Source: Octopus vulgaris (taxonomy: Eukaryota). From it: a stretch of 64,000 nucleotides of DNA. Location: positions 161,262,001-161,326,000 of the forward strand of contig OX597816.1 in the NCBI GenBank assembly GCA_951406725.2. The letters run 5' to 3'. This document shows, in pieces, positions 12,968 to 25,150 of this stretch. Position numbers and translations under genes: made by a program. The notes under the pieces are model-generated. The model searched no databases. It was not told the origin of the DNA and saw nothing but the letters and a program-made list of their open reading frames with translations. How positions within the stretch are numbered: the stretch's first letter is position 1; every line of letters begins with the position of its first letter.

Positions 12968-13807
12968 CATAAATAGATACACATACATACATACATACAT
13001 ACATAGTTATGTTATGTAGATATAGATATAATCTTATTTTTGTCATTAACTATTTTTGTTGTTAATGCTTTGTTACTTTTGGAAGATGGTGTGTGTTCTA
13101 ATTGGGTTGTTTTTTATCAAGCAAGATTTATACCTCTGGGGAGTGTCTAAAAACTAATTAAATTATCACAGTCTTGTTAGAAATCCATTCAATATTATGA
13201 ATGTTTGTAAACTGATGTTGACTCGGCAACTTGACATGGACTCAATAACTCGCCTGCAAATTTACATGTTCTCCTTTACTTTAAAATGTAATTAAAAAAA
13301 ATAAATACACATAATAACACCAAAAGAAACAAGCTGAATGGATTCATTATTACATACAGTGTTTTGTTTTGAGTAAAATACTGGTGGCGCTTCTAGGCTT
13401 ATAGATAGTTAGATACCACTAGAGGCAGACTTTTCTGTTGAACCAGCTTTAAGGTTTTTCAAATGTTGTTGGATGAGGAGTTGGGCTAGTATTTGTGAAC
13501 TATAATTAAGTATTAATGAAAGTATTATTTGTAATTATCTTTGCACAGTGGATTTCATCGATCCTAGAAATTGTTGTTATGTATCTTCTTTGCTTTGGAT
13601 CTTTGGTTTGTAATCAGCTTTGTCAATTAAAAGAAAAAATATATAAAAAACTCAATGTGTAGCATCACTAAAGAGAGTAATACTGTTAGTAAATATAATA
13701 AACAGATGATGGTGGTAAGGGCCTTCACTTTAAACTCATCTTTGTATAGTTTCTGACTCTCTTCAAATCTCAAATTACACTCCACCACCCACACACATTA
13801 GAATATT

Positions 13808-14036
13808 CTTTTCTACTCCAGGCACAAGGTTCGAAATTTTGGGGGTGTGGTGGTAGTGGTGGTGGGGCAGTTGATTAGATCAACCTCAGTACACAACTGG
13901 TACTCAATTTATTGACCTCGAAAGGATGAAAGACGAAGTCAACCTCAGCTGAATTTGAACTCAGAACATAAAGACAAACGAAATACTGCTAAGTATTTCA
14001 CCCGGCGTGCTAATGATACTGCCAGCTTGCTGCCTT
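13808..14036 (-). mobile_element. SINE family C with 16-bp TSD
   Basis: Flanked by CACACATTAGAATATT at 13792-13807 and 14037-14052. Confidence 0.9.
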
Positions 14037-14159
14037 CACACATTAGAATATTGCTCTTGTATATAAAGCTGCATGGTTGCTACATATGATGTATATTTTA
14101 GATTGAATTGACAAAGTTGTCAACATACTACAATCACTCATTGACACACTGTATCACTT

Positions 14160-14203
<44 letters not shown>

Positions 14204-14204
14204 T

Positions 14205-14235
<31 letters not shown>
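14160..14235. repeat. (ACT)n microsatellite
   Basis: Directly visible. Confidence 0.95.
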
Positions 14236-14629
14236 GTTTTTGCTTTTCTGCACTTTTCCAACTGTGTACTCTTTGCTCCTACATCCACTCCTCTTCCTTT
14301 CACTGCCGTTACTATGCCTTGCATCAATGATCTTATACTGATTCCCACCCTCACCCTAAATTGCAGGCACCTGGAACTCTTTCTATATCACCGCCTTAAT
14401 ATTGATCTGCATTTCAGCCTTAATATCAACATCTGAGTAAGTATTATACAAAAAGTACTGATACTTCCCATTTTCCTGTAATCATATAAACTGTTTAGCA
14501 TTATGCAGTTCTATATTTTCAGATAATCCTTTTACAAATTAGGTCACAGGGAAAAAAATATCTTTCCTCGAATAGGATGTCAGTCTTTTAGAGGAAACTT
14601 TTCCAGTTATCTTGGTACATATCTCCAAT

Positions 14630-14895
14630 AGCATCAGTATTGGTGCCACATAGAAAGCAGTGGTAATGGCACCTTGTAAAAAGTACTGGTGATGGTACTA
14701 CATAAAAGCACCAGTAATGGTGCCATGTATAAAGCGCCCAGTACACCCTGTAAACTGGTTGGCATTACGAAGGGTATCCAGCTGTAGAAACCATACCAAA
14801 ATAGACAATGGAACCTGGAACGGTTTCCGGCATGCTAGCTCCTATTGAACTGTCCGACCCATGCCAGCATGGAAAGCAGACATTAAATAATGATG
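14630..14895 (+). mobile_element. SINE-like family A (short ~23-bp internal unit variant)
   Basis: Repeated GGTGCCACATAAAAAGCAC-like units, then GAAGGGTATCCAGCTGTAGAAAC and CCCATGCCAGCATGGAAAGCAGACATTAAA. Confidence 0.75.
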
Positions 14896-15843
14896 ATAAT
14901 GGTGGTGGTGGTAGTGGTGGTGATGAACAGAAGCATGTAGAATAAAGTGATTTTGCCCAAATTCAACATAAAACATTTGCAATGGATGTGATCTCTTGAA
15001 CCCTGAACTTGTAAGTCAATATTCTGTTCCCCTGGTGAATTTCTCTTTGCCTGGGTATTGTTAGGTGTGGTTGTGTGGTTTGGAAGCTTGCATCCCAAAT
15101 AGATGGTTTTGGATCTCGTTCCATTGTGCAGCACCTTGGTTGAGTGCCTTTAACAATAACTCCAAGCTGACCAAAGCCTTCTAAGTGAACTTGATGGATG
15201 GAAACTGAAAGAAGTTCATGTACATGTGCATGCGTGTGAGTATGTTTTTGTTTGTGTCTCCTTGTCTTGATGTCATGTGATAGTTGTAAGTAGACTGCTG
15301 GATCAGATACCTTGTGGTATTTGTTCTAGTTCTTTACATTCTAAGTTCAAATCCTTCCATGACATACTTGCAGAGTAGACTTAATTTCCATTGTCCAATT
15401 TAGTACCATCACCCAACACCTTGAGTGCCTTTAGCAGAGTCCTTTTTGTCACAAGTATTTTGGCCAGGTCTTCAGTATGATGATACCTCCCTTCTCCCCC
15501 CACCCCTACCAGTCATAGAAGTCCTATAAAGTATCACAGGCACTGGCCTACCCACTGACTAAAATGAAAAAAACCCCCCAAAAACAGGCATGAGTGTATA
15601 CTTAAAAAGCTCTCTTTGCAACTGCATAGTTTCTGGTACATAGTTTCTGGTTTCCTTAGCTTGGTACCTTGGGCAAGCAGCAAGCATCTTCTATAGACGT
15701 GGGTGATCAATAGCTTGTTGTATATATATACATATTACTCAAAGAAATTCCAACTTTGATTTTCACATTTTATTTACAATCTTATAATAATATAAGATAA
15801 TATGATATAATGAAATGATAGAATATTAAATGTCTATTCTGAT

Positions 15844-15888
15844 TGAACTAGTACTTTCATGCATTAAACTATGCAATCTTCAGGTCCA
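15844..15888 (-). ncRNA. minimal type-I hammerhead ribozyme motif (core intact)
   Basis: Minus strand: UGGAC-CUGAAGA-U UGCAU aguuua AUGCA U-GAAA-GUAC-UA-GUUCA; helix I 5 bp (one G.U), helix II 5 bp below a U.U pair, palindromic GUAC helix III as in PLE-type minimal hammerheads. Confidence 0.65.
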
Positions 15889-16331
15889 TGTAGTAGTGGT
15901 GACAGTTATGTTTTACAATTTACAACTGTAGTGAAATGGCTAAACTGTGTGCCTTAAATACATTTGTATAGGCTCCAGAATGTTAATTTTTGCTAACTGT
16001 ATTCTGACGAATCAGTGTGTGGCTTTACCAAATTACTTAAGTTGATTGGTGTTTAGTTTAGGCGTCATGGTTTGTTGAATATGTCAAGAGACCTGTATTT
16101 TGACCCTGGCCAGGGATTTTTACATTTCAATCATCATCACCATTACCATCTCCTTTATTATTGTTGTCATTGATGTTGTTGTTGTTGTTGTTGTTGTTGT
16201 TTGTTGGTGGTGGTGGTGGTGGTGGTGGTGGTGGTGATGGTGGTAGTGGTAGGAGTAGCTGTGGTAATAGAACTTTAAACCCCAAGATAAGATTATTTTT
16301 ACTGACTTTTCTCTTGACTTAGCTAGTATTT

Positions 16332-16774
16332 GGATCTTTTCGGTTTGAACGACAGTTTTAACATAATTTCTAGATAATTAAAAAAGATTAAACTTCGTAT
16401 ACTGGTAGAATGTGTTTATAAAACATCTTTTTCTCTTGCCTTTATTGAGAAAATTCTATAGTTTGTAAGATATTTGTTGTTTTTTTTCTTCAATTTCTGC
16501 AATTTCAACCAATCAGTGACATCTATTGAGTTAAAAAGCATTCTGTGCCGTATGAATATGTCCCTCGTTTAAGAAACAGATTGGGTTTATTTACATTTGT
16601 GAAGAAAAAAAGATACCCTTCCTCCACCCCTAATCCTAACTCTAACACTAACCCTAACTAACCCTAACCCTAAAAGAGATTGAAATGCAATAGATCGATT
16701 CTAGGGTCATAATTATGGGTGACAATTTTATATGACACCGCTAGAAAAAACTGCCATTCAAACCGAAAAGATCC
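16332..16774. mobile_element. non-autonomous TIR element (Merlin-like MITE) containing telomeric repeats
   Basis: 28-bp TIRs GGATCTTTTCGGTTTGAA(C/T)G(A/G)CAGTTTT (26/28 identical), 8-bp TSD TAGTATTT (16324-16331, 16775-16782). Superfamily inferred from GG start and 8-bp TSD. Confidence 0.85.
16628..16673. repeat. degenerate (CCCTAA)n telomere-type repeat
   Basis: CCCTAA TCCTAA CTCTAA CACTAA CCCTAA CTAA CCCTAA CCCTAA. Confidence 0.85.
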
Positions 16775-16821
16775 TAGTATTTTCCTTCTATCATTATATA
16801 TATATATATATATATATATGT

Positions 16822-17008
16822 GTCGGTGGCACATAAAATCACCCACTACACTCTCGGAGTGGTTGGCGTTAGGAAGGGCATCCAGCTGTAGAAACACTGC
16901 CAGATCTGACTGGCCTGGTGCAGCCTTCGGGCTCCCAGACCCCAGTTGAACGTCCAACCCATGCTAGCATGGAAAACGGACGCTAAATGATGATGATGAT
17001 GATGATGA
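16822..17008 (+). mobile_element. SINE-like family A, well-preserved copy
   Basis: CCCACTACACTCTCGGAGTGGTTGGCGTTAGGAAGGGCATCCAGCTGTAGAAAC...GGACGCTAAATGATGATG; CpGs retained. Confidence 0.9.
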
Positions 17009-17531
17009 TATTTATAAAAGAAAGAGATGACACCAGAAAAAACAAATGTTATGTAATGAACTTCATTAGCTTACAGTATCAGACTTATAAAGAATAAATG
17101 CTGGGGATGATTTGGTTGGCTAAACTCTTCAAGGTGGTGTCCCAGTATAGCCATTGTCCAATTTCTGAAACAAGTCAAAGAATAAAAAGAACTCTACAAA
17201 AGAATACATAAATATAAACATCATCTGCATCAATATCATCGCTCTAGAAGCTTCTTACTTGAACAGACAATAACAAGCTTATGTAGGTTTGTGATTGTTG
17301 AGACAACTAGTTTCATATTTGTGATAGCTGATTTGGTGTACTCTTTACCTATTCCATCATATAAGGTGTATAAATGAAGGGATCTGTTGTAAGAACGGAA
17401 CTATTCCATTAAGTTTAGAAAGGGGTGTAAGGTAGGTGAAAATGAATTAAGAAGAGTGAATAATCTGGTGAGTTAAAAGGAAGAGATGGAGAGAACATAT
17501 GAGAGCTACTAGGTAATAATATCAAATATCT

Positions 17532-17535
<4 letters not shown>

Positions 17536-17582
<47 letters not shown>

Positions 17583-17725
17583 GTATGTATATATATATAT
17601 GTATATATATGTATGTATATGTATGTATATATATTTATGTATATATATGTATATATATATATGTATATATATGTATATATATGTATGTATATATATATAT
17701 GTATATATATGTATATATATGTATG

Positions 17726-17759
<34 letters not shown>

Positions 17760-17760
17760 T
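17536..17760. repeat. (TA)n/(TATG)n microsatellite
   Basis: Directly visible. Confidence 0.95.
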
Positions 17761-17927
17761 TTTATAAGTTATCTTACCGTTTTTACCAATATATATATAT
17801 ATATATAAAATATAACTAAGACTATGCAATAATAATAATAATAATAATAATAACAACAACAACAATAATAATAATTGTTGTAAACTTAAGGTGTTGGTAA
17901 ACAAGTGAGTAGACAAAGAACAAACAG

Positions 17928-17983
<56 letters not shown>

Positions 17984-18795
17984 TAGAGATGTGTGTGTGG
18001 CTAAGAAAAGATGACGAATTTCTTGAAAAGAGGATACTAAAGAAGAGTTGTTAAAATGAATTACTGGCTTAGATCTGAAACAAGAATTTAAAGATGAAAC
18101 AATGAAAAACATTTTATTTTGTTTTATCTTATTTTATTTTTTTATTTGTTTCTTTATTTTGTCATTGGTGTGAATCTAAAAGAGCTTCATTTTTAAAAAA
18201 AAATTCTTTGCTTTCTTCTTTAGAATATATAACTCCTGATAGCAGCACCATAACGTGACAAACAGAAATACAAATGGATTTTCACTTTATTTATATATAT
18301 TAGTTTATTTATCTATATGTGTTTATTTATTTATATGTGTTTATTTATTCATATATATTTATTTATACATATTTTTATTTTCATTGCACGAATACACATT
18401 CAAAAAATACTCTGATTGCCAATAAAATTCTCATGTCTCTCTCTAGAATGTCAAGTTTATTGGTTGCTATGGTGTAATAACTTGATAGATCTTCCCTGTT
18501 CCCCTAGCTTTTTTTTCTTTACAACCAAAACAAGTTGCACATTTGCATGTGTGTATGTGTGTATGCATGCATGTGTTTGAATGTGTGTGCATCTATGTGC
18601 ATGTGTGTGTGTGTGTGGCTGGATCCCTATTTTTACTCCTAGGTTGCCCTGACAACAGGTTATAGAGCCTTTGAGTCATAGCTAGGCTCTTCAATGCAAA
18701 CGGATCTGTTTTGCTAATCGAATCACCTTGTTAGAATAGCCTGCTTTATTTGTTCCCACTTATCAAGCCTTTTACATTATCATTTTACTCAACAG

Positions 18796-18840
18796 GTCAT
18801 CTGCTGAAGATTTGACAGCACTGTACAAATATCTATGTGT
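18796..18840 (+). CDS. candidate 45-nt exon (xSSAEDLTALYKYLCx)
   Basis: TTTTACTCAACAG acceptor, perfect GTAAGT donor, length 3n, open only in phase 2. Gene not recognised. Confidence 0.35.
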
Positions 18841-19896
18841 GTAAGTGTATATAAATGCAAGAATATGCTTGTGTGTGTTTCTGTATGTGTCTCTGTATGT
18901 GTCTCTGTGTTTCTATTGGGAGAACAGTATTTTTCTCCTTTGCCTCTTTCTCAAAGCTTCTATGATTTGCGAACAACATACATGTTTGAGTAATGTAGTA
19001 TTTAATGTTTCATGTCTAAATATATAGTTGTTTGGTTGTTTGCTGTGAAATTTATTACTCACGTGTCTTCCTTTTCTGTTGGTGAATTAGATATCTCTTG
19101 TGTATGGATGTGTACATATACCATATGCGTATATGTGTTTGTGTGTGTACACACACACATATATTTACACACACACACATATATATATTTACACACACAC
19201 ACACACATAACTCACATATACACATATGTATATTGAAAATTCATTTCTTAAATTTTTGTTTTGTATTTCATCAGATGGACTTATATATGTACATATTGTG
19301 TGTGTGCATGTGTGAGTGTGCATGTGTGTATGTGCATATGTGTGTGTGTGTGTGTGTATGTGTGTGTGTGTACTACATATTAACATATATGTGATGTGTG
19401 TGTGTACACAAACCTATGTATTGTTTCAACTCTATGTCCACCTTAAAAATCATAAAAATAGTTGTAATAAGTCTTCAGCTCTGAACATAGGTATTAAAGT
19501 ATAAAAAAGAAAATTAATGATATATATATAAATATAAAAGTAATTTAATTTATAGCAAATATAAAAGCAACAAAAGAACTAAACAACTATTCACTTTGTG
19601 AACTTTTATATTCCAAATGGTTAAATTTTTTTAAATGTGTACATTTTTTATTGTTAATAAATTTAGATTAATATTGATTTTTAAAAAGATTTTTGTGAGT
19701 GAAGATGGCCAAGTCAATGAGTGGAGAACAACTATGGCAAAGGTTCTGGGCATTTTCTCCTGTTACAAGAATTGGTTTTTGTCTATGGTTAACACACTTA
19801 ACTCTGTAATAGGAGAATACACTAACCTATAAGTAGGTGAAGCTGGCTAGTAGCCACAAGTCATCACTCTGTAAAGGGGCAGTTCTAAAAAATTGA

Positions 19897-20218
19897 TGGT
19901 AAGTAGATTGCTTCCTAACAGTCCAACTATGTGGTGCCTTGGGCAAATGTCTTCTACTTTAGCCCTGGGCCAACTATAGCCTTGCGAGTGGATTTGGTAG
20001 ACAGAAACTGAAAGAAGCCCATCGTATATATATATATATATATATATACATATAGGCACAGGAGTGACTGTGTTAAGTAGATTGCTTACCAACCACATGG
20101 TTCCAGATTCAGTCATACTGCATGGCACCTTGGGCAAGCCTCTTCTATTTTAGCCTTGGGCTAACCAAAGCCTTGTGAGTGGATTTGGTAGCTGGAAACT
20201 GAAAGAAGCCTGTCGTAT
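19897..20218 (+). mobile_element. two tandem SINE family B 5' halves
   Basis: Two copies of GGTAAGTAGATTGCTT...CTTGGGCAA...GAGTGGATTTGGTAG...GAAACTGAAAGAAGCC separated by (TA)n. Confidence 0.85.
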
Positions 20219-20311
20219 ACATACAGATATGGAAATATTTTACTCTCAAACGCATAATAATAATGCTGAATAGTTTATGCTATTCAGCATTATTATGTTT
20301 TTGAGAGTAAA

Positions 20312-20472
20312 GATCGACCCCAGTATACACAACTGGTACTTAATTTATTGACCCCGAAAGGATGAAAGGTAAAGTCAACCTCACTAGAATTGGAACTCAG
20401 ACCAGAAAGACAGACGAAATACCGCTAAGCATTTTGCCTGGCATGCTAATGTTTCTGCCAGCTCACCACCTT
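20312..20472 (-). mobile_element. SINE family C
   Basis: GACCCCGAAAGGATGAAAGG...TTCTGCCAGCTCACCACCTT. Confidence 0.85.
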
Positions 20473-21442
20473 AAAAACACTTTATCTTGCCACTGCTCCG
20501 CTAATTGCCCTTCTGTGTATTTTTCCTATTTTTTTAAAGTTGGTTTTTGATATATTTTAGGGCAGTGAATAAGCAGAAAGAGACATTTTCTACTCAATCA
20601 TTTACAATTTTTTAGTTTTGTCTCTGTGGGCTCCTGAACAAATGTATTACAAATCAACTTTACTTCTGAATCTTTAGGGCTTTAGGAATATACTTCATTA
20701 AATATAATTAATGTATCCATTTCCCTACAAAAATTGTTCTTGTACCACATCAAAATAATGAAGATTTACTTTGCTTTATATAGAAATATTTGTTCCAGAA
20801 TTTTTTCATTTGAAACATATGTTAATGTGACTAAAGTACCATCACCTAACCTGCACTTGTTTCATCCAAGCAGTTAATGAACTCTAATTCATATTTATCA
20901 TCAACTACTCTTCTGCTTTTGTTCCCCATCCACTACATTCACTCCAACACTACCCACCTCTAATCATCCCTCAATCTCCCCACACACTCTTACAACCTCT
21001 ACCCACTCTCTCTTCTGTTCACTGTCATGTAACCTAAAGGCTCACCCTGATACCTTGAAACCACCATCTTTATCTCTCTTTCTACCACCACTCTAATTAC
21101 TCCTATATAATGCAGAGTAGTCTTGTATCTCCTCTGCAGCAAGAAACCTGTTACTTTCTATTCTTTCCTCAATGTGTAGCACAAAGCCCCCTCCTTCCCT
21201 ACTTTACTTCCACTCAGCCAAGAGTGATGTTAGTCTTGCAAGCTAAATTGCAACTTCAGTAGTGCTGGTACCATGAAAATAAAAAGCACCCAGTAAACTC
21301 TGTAAAGTGGTTGGCATTAGGAAGAGCATCTAGCTATAGAAGTCATGCTAAAGCAGACACTGGAGAACAATGCAGTCTTACAACTCATCAGATCCTGCCA
21401 GCATGGAAGATGGATGTTAAATTAGGATGAGGATAATGATGA

Positions 21443-21653
21443 AAAGAGATGATGAGCGATGGCTAGAATATTGAGCTTTATTTGATAACCAGTTGATCTA
21501 GCAAGTGGGGCCTCATATCAGCACAATGATGCCACCAAGAGGTAGGCCCTGGAATGGCTCGCATTCTTTCCTGATGACTCCATACACTTGCTGGTTTCTG
21601 GTATGTGGAGCTTTCAACTGGCAGCACTTGCATGTGCAAGTTCTTTGCAAAAC
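21443..21653 (+). mobile_element. 3' end of RLE-type (HERO-like) non-LTR element inserted in a family A copy
   Basis: Homologous to 49545-49748 (TGGCTAGAA...TTTGATAACCAG...GGCAGCACTTGCATGTGCAA...TTTGCAAAACAT); flanked by a ~107/125-bp direct duplication. Confidence 0.6.
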
Positions 21654-23009
21654 ATAGAAGCCATGCTAAAGCAGACATTGGAGCACAATGCATTCTTGCA
21701 ACTCATCAGATCTGCTAAGCTGGCCAACCCATGCCAGCATGGAAGATGGATGTTAAATTAGGATGAGGATAATGATGATAATGTTGTGTATTGTTAATTG
21801 CTGAAATACGGGTGGAGACAAATTATAATGAAAACTCTAGCAGTTCCCTTACTAGTGTGCAACAGAGAAAGAAGCAAAATAAAGAAAAAAGGATATCACT
21901 AGACTTGAAGCAAAATAAGTTATATTGTGGCTGATATTTTTTCACTTGTGAGAATTTTGTTAAACATTTTTGAATTTGTGATGAAAAATATGAATAATAA
22001 AAAGTAATAATATTAATAATAGCAAAATTTTTAAAATGTTTTAGTTATTTAAGAATTTGTAAAATGACAAAGAAAAAAAATAATAATGCCCCTATTTTTA
22101 AGGAAGATTTCTCATTGAATAAAATTTTAAGATTTTATTTTAAAAAGAAAAAAAGCTGATGCAAAGATGTTCTAATGTGATAAGGAAGTACATAAAGAAA
22201 TTGGTTGATGATAAACATTAACAATAAGAAAAACAAAAGTGATGGTTTGGGGAGGGCTACACATATGAGCAGCTGACATCTGCTATGTAGAGTAAATACC
22301 AATGTATGGAGGAATAATAAAAATAGTAGTAGTAGTAGTAGCAAATCATTTAATTAAAAAATTTTTTTTGTTCTGAGTTTTTAGCATATTTAGCATTACT
22401 AACATATATAGGCCCTTTAGATAAAATGTTGAACTTTGAGGTTAGATAACAATATCTGGCCTATTAGCCTTGATCACACTATTTTTTAAATGCATTTTGT
22501 ACATTAATGGTGTTGCCTTGTGGTTAAGAAGTGTGATCTCCTGCCCCATGGCACCTTGGACAAGTGACTTTTACTGTAGTCTTCAGCTGGCCAATGTCTT
22601 ATGAGTAGAATTTAGGTGACAGATACTGTACTGAAACCTGTTGTGTATATATTGTCATCATTGTCATCGTTGTCATCATCATCATCATTGCTGTCATCAT
22701 TGTCATTACCGTCATTGTTGTTGGCATCATCATCATTATCTTTTAATGTCCATCTTCCATGCTAGCATAGGTTGAATGGTTTGACATGGTCTGAAGAGTC
22801 TCAAAGAGCATGTACTTCTATATACAGATATGTGTGTGTGTGTGTGTAGGTGCAAGCATGGCTTTGTGGTCAAGAAGCTTATTATCAAACTATGTGGCTT
22901 TTGGGTCAGTCCCACTGCATGGCATTTCCAGCAAGTGTCTTCCTCTAAAACTTTGTGAGTAGATTTGGTAGATGGAAACTGAATGAATCCCATTGTGTGT
23001 GTGTGTCTT

Positions 23010-23342
23010 TCTTTATCTTTTTATCTTTCACTTGTTTCAGTCATTTGACTGTGGCCATGCTGGAGCACCACCTTTAGTCGAGCAAATCGACACCGGGACT
23101 TATTCTTTGTAAGCCCAGTACTTATTCTATCGGTCTCTTTTGCCGAACCGCTAAGTGACGGGGACGTAAACACACCAGCATCGGTTGTCAAGCAATGCTA
23201 GGGGGACAAACACACAAACACACACACATACACACACACATATATATATATACATATATACGACAGGCTTCTTTCAGTTTCCGTCTACCAAATCCACTCA
23301 CAAGGCATTGGTCGGCCCGGGGCTATAGCAGAAGACACTTGT
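23010..23342 (-). mobile_element. SINE family B, young 5'-truncated copy
   Basis: CpG-rich body TTTCAGTCATTTGACTGTGGCCATGCTGGAGCACC...GCCGAACCGCTAAGTGACGGGGACGTAAAC. Confidence 0.9.
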
Positions 23343-24485
23343 GTATGGACTTTATTGACTTTTTTTATGGTTTAGTCCAAAGGGGAAACACATGACTCCT
23401 TTTAGGGCCTCCAAAACTGGTGGGCAGGGAAGTGAGGAAGTTATCCTCAGACTGGAAACCTTACCTGAATGTTTACAACCGAGTAGACTACACTAAAAAC
23501 ACTTAAGAGCCAGGTGATGGTATTAAACCAGGGATTTTAAATTTACTTCTATGTTTTCAATTAGGGAGACACTCACCTCTATGATCTTACTGTCAAATCA
23601 GATATTCCTTAAATGTAGTATAAGAGTAGCTGTTGGTTTCATTTCCTGATTGATGCCATTCCAATTTACTTGTTTACATATGTAATGTTATTATAATTTG
23701 TGAAAGATATACATGTCACAGCATTGTATTCCCTTACAGAATCAGCATTGTATTCCCTTACAGAATCACTTACAATGTATTACAGTGTTGCCTTACAAAA
23801 TATCAATCATGTAATTTAAGTAGATCATAGGCACAGAAATGGATCTGTGATTAGCTTTTATCTTTTACTTGTTTCAGTCATTAGACTGTGGCCATGCTGG
23901 GGCACTGCCTTGACAGGTCCTCTTCAAATGAATTGACTCCAGCATTTATTCTTTTGAAGCCTGGTATTTATTATATAGGTTTCCTTTTGCCAAACTACTA
24001 AGTGGATTACTCTCACACACTCACACACACACATGCACACATACTCACACAAACACACACACACCTATCCACAGAGCGATTCAGCTGTTGTTTACTTTTA
24101 GTTATAAAACTGGATCTAAGCATTGGTTCCCAAGGGCCTTATGGGAGCCTAGTAGTTATTTAATAGAACTAAAGTAATGTGGGAATGTATTGCAAATAAA
24201 TGGTGAGAATAGACTTCATGATTATGCAGTTTGAGCCAAGAGAATGTTGACTGGGAACAAGAGCGGATAAGATGAGCAAATTAACTAAAGAGAATTTACA
24301 ATAGATGGTGGCACATAAATCAAAGAGCTGTGTCTGATTTATGCTGACATTTAAAATAAATGTTCAGACATTGATGGTGATGATGATCGGCGTGGAACTA
24401 ATGGAAGGTGGTAGTGACGGTGGTGGTGGCAGCTGCATTGTTGTTGTTGCTGTTGGTGGTGGTGGTGGTGGTGGTGGCGGTGTTG

Positions 24486-24517
<32 letters not shown>

Positions 24518-25054
24518 GGTTGTGGTTCATGCAAGGACGATGATTTCTGAGATAACGTTTATTTATAATCATTCACATCACTTAGTTTCTTCTTAGTTTC
24601 TTCTATCAAACATGCTCTAGAAATGATTAAGAAATCATTCAGTCGTACATACACACAGACATTCCAAAAATATATGCAAAGAAACATAAAGGTCCACCAT
24701 CATTGACGATAATGGTTTTAAATGTCACACTGTCTGGTAATTGGTCTCTGTCTAGCTTTGTACTGGATAATTTAGTAGAAAGTCTGTAGTTTCTTAAAAT
24801 CTCTGGCGCTGCACACTCTAAGACTGTTTACTATTGCTTTTTTTTTCTTCCCACTTTAACTAATTGTTTTATAAATCAAATGATTAAAACTAAACACACT
24901 AAAATAAATAATAAAATGCAGAAGCCATATTCAAGCTTAAATTTTGTGATAATCCTATTAAAATGAAATTGAATAATTTATAAACTATTCTATCACATTT
25001 CATGTAATTTTATACCAGAAGGTTTTGTGGTTTCCAAAATATAAAATAATTTTA

Positions 25055-25150
25055 CATTATTTACATTCGACGGATATTCGTCTTCATCTTGTTTGAATGT
25101 AAATAATGTAAATAATGTACATAATTCCTCATCTCTTAAATATAGAACTG
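25055..25150. mobile_element. short fold-back insertion (PLE-like terminus) with 13-bp TSD
   Basis: Inverted arms TTTACATTATTTACATTC / GAATGTAAATAATGTAAA; flanking direct repeat TAAAATAATTTTA (25042-25054, 25151-25163). Confidence 0.6.

Noticed and set aside
24341-24596. Gly/Val- or His/Gln-rich ORFs
   Set aside because: They derive from (GGT)n/(GTT)n trinucleotide repeats with no splice or homology support.
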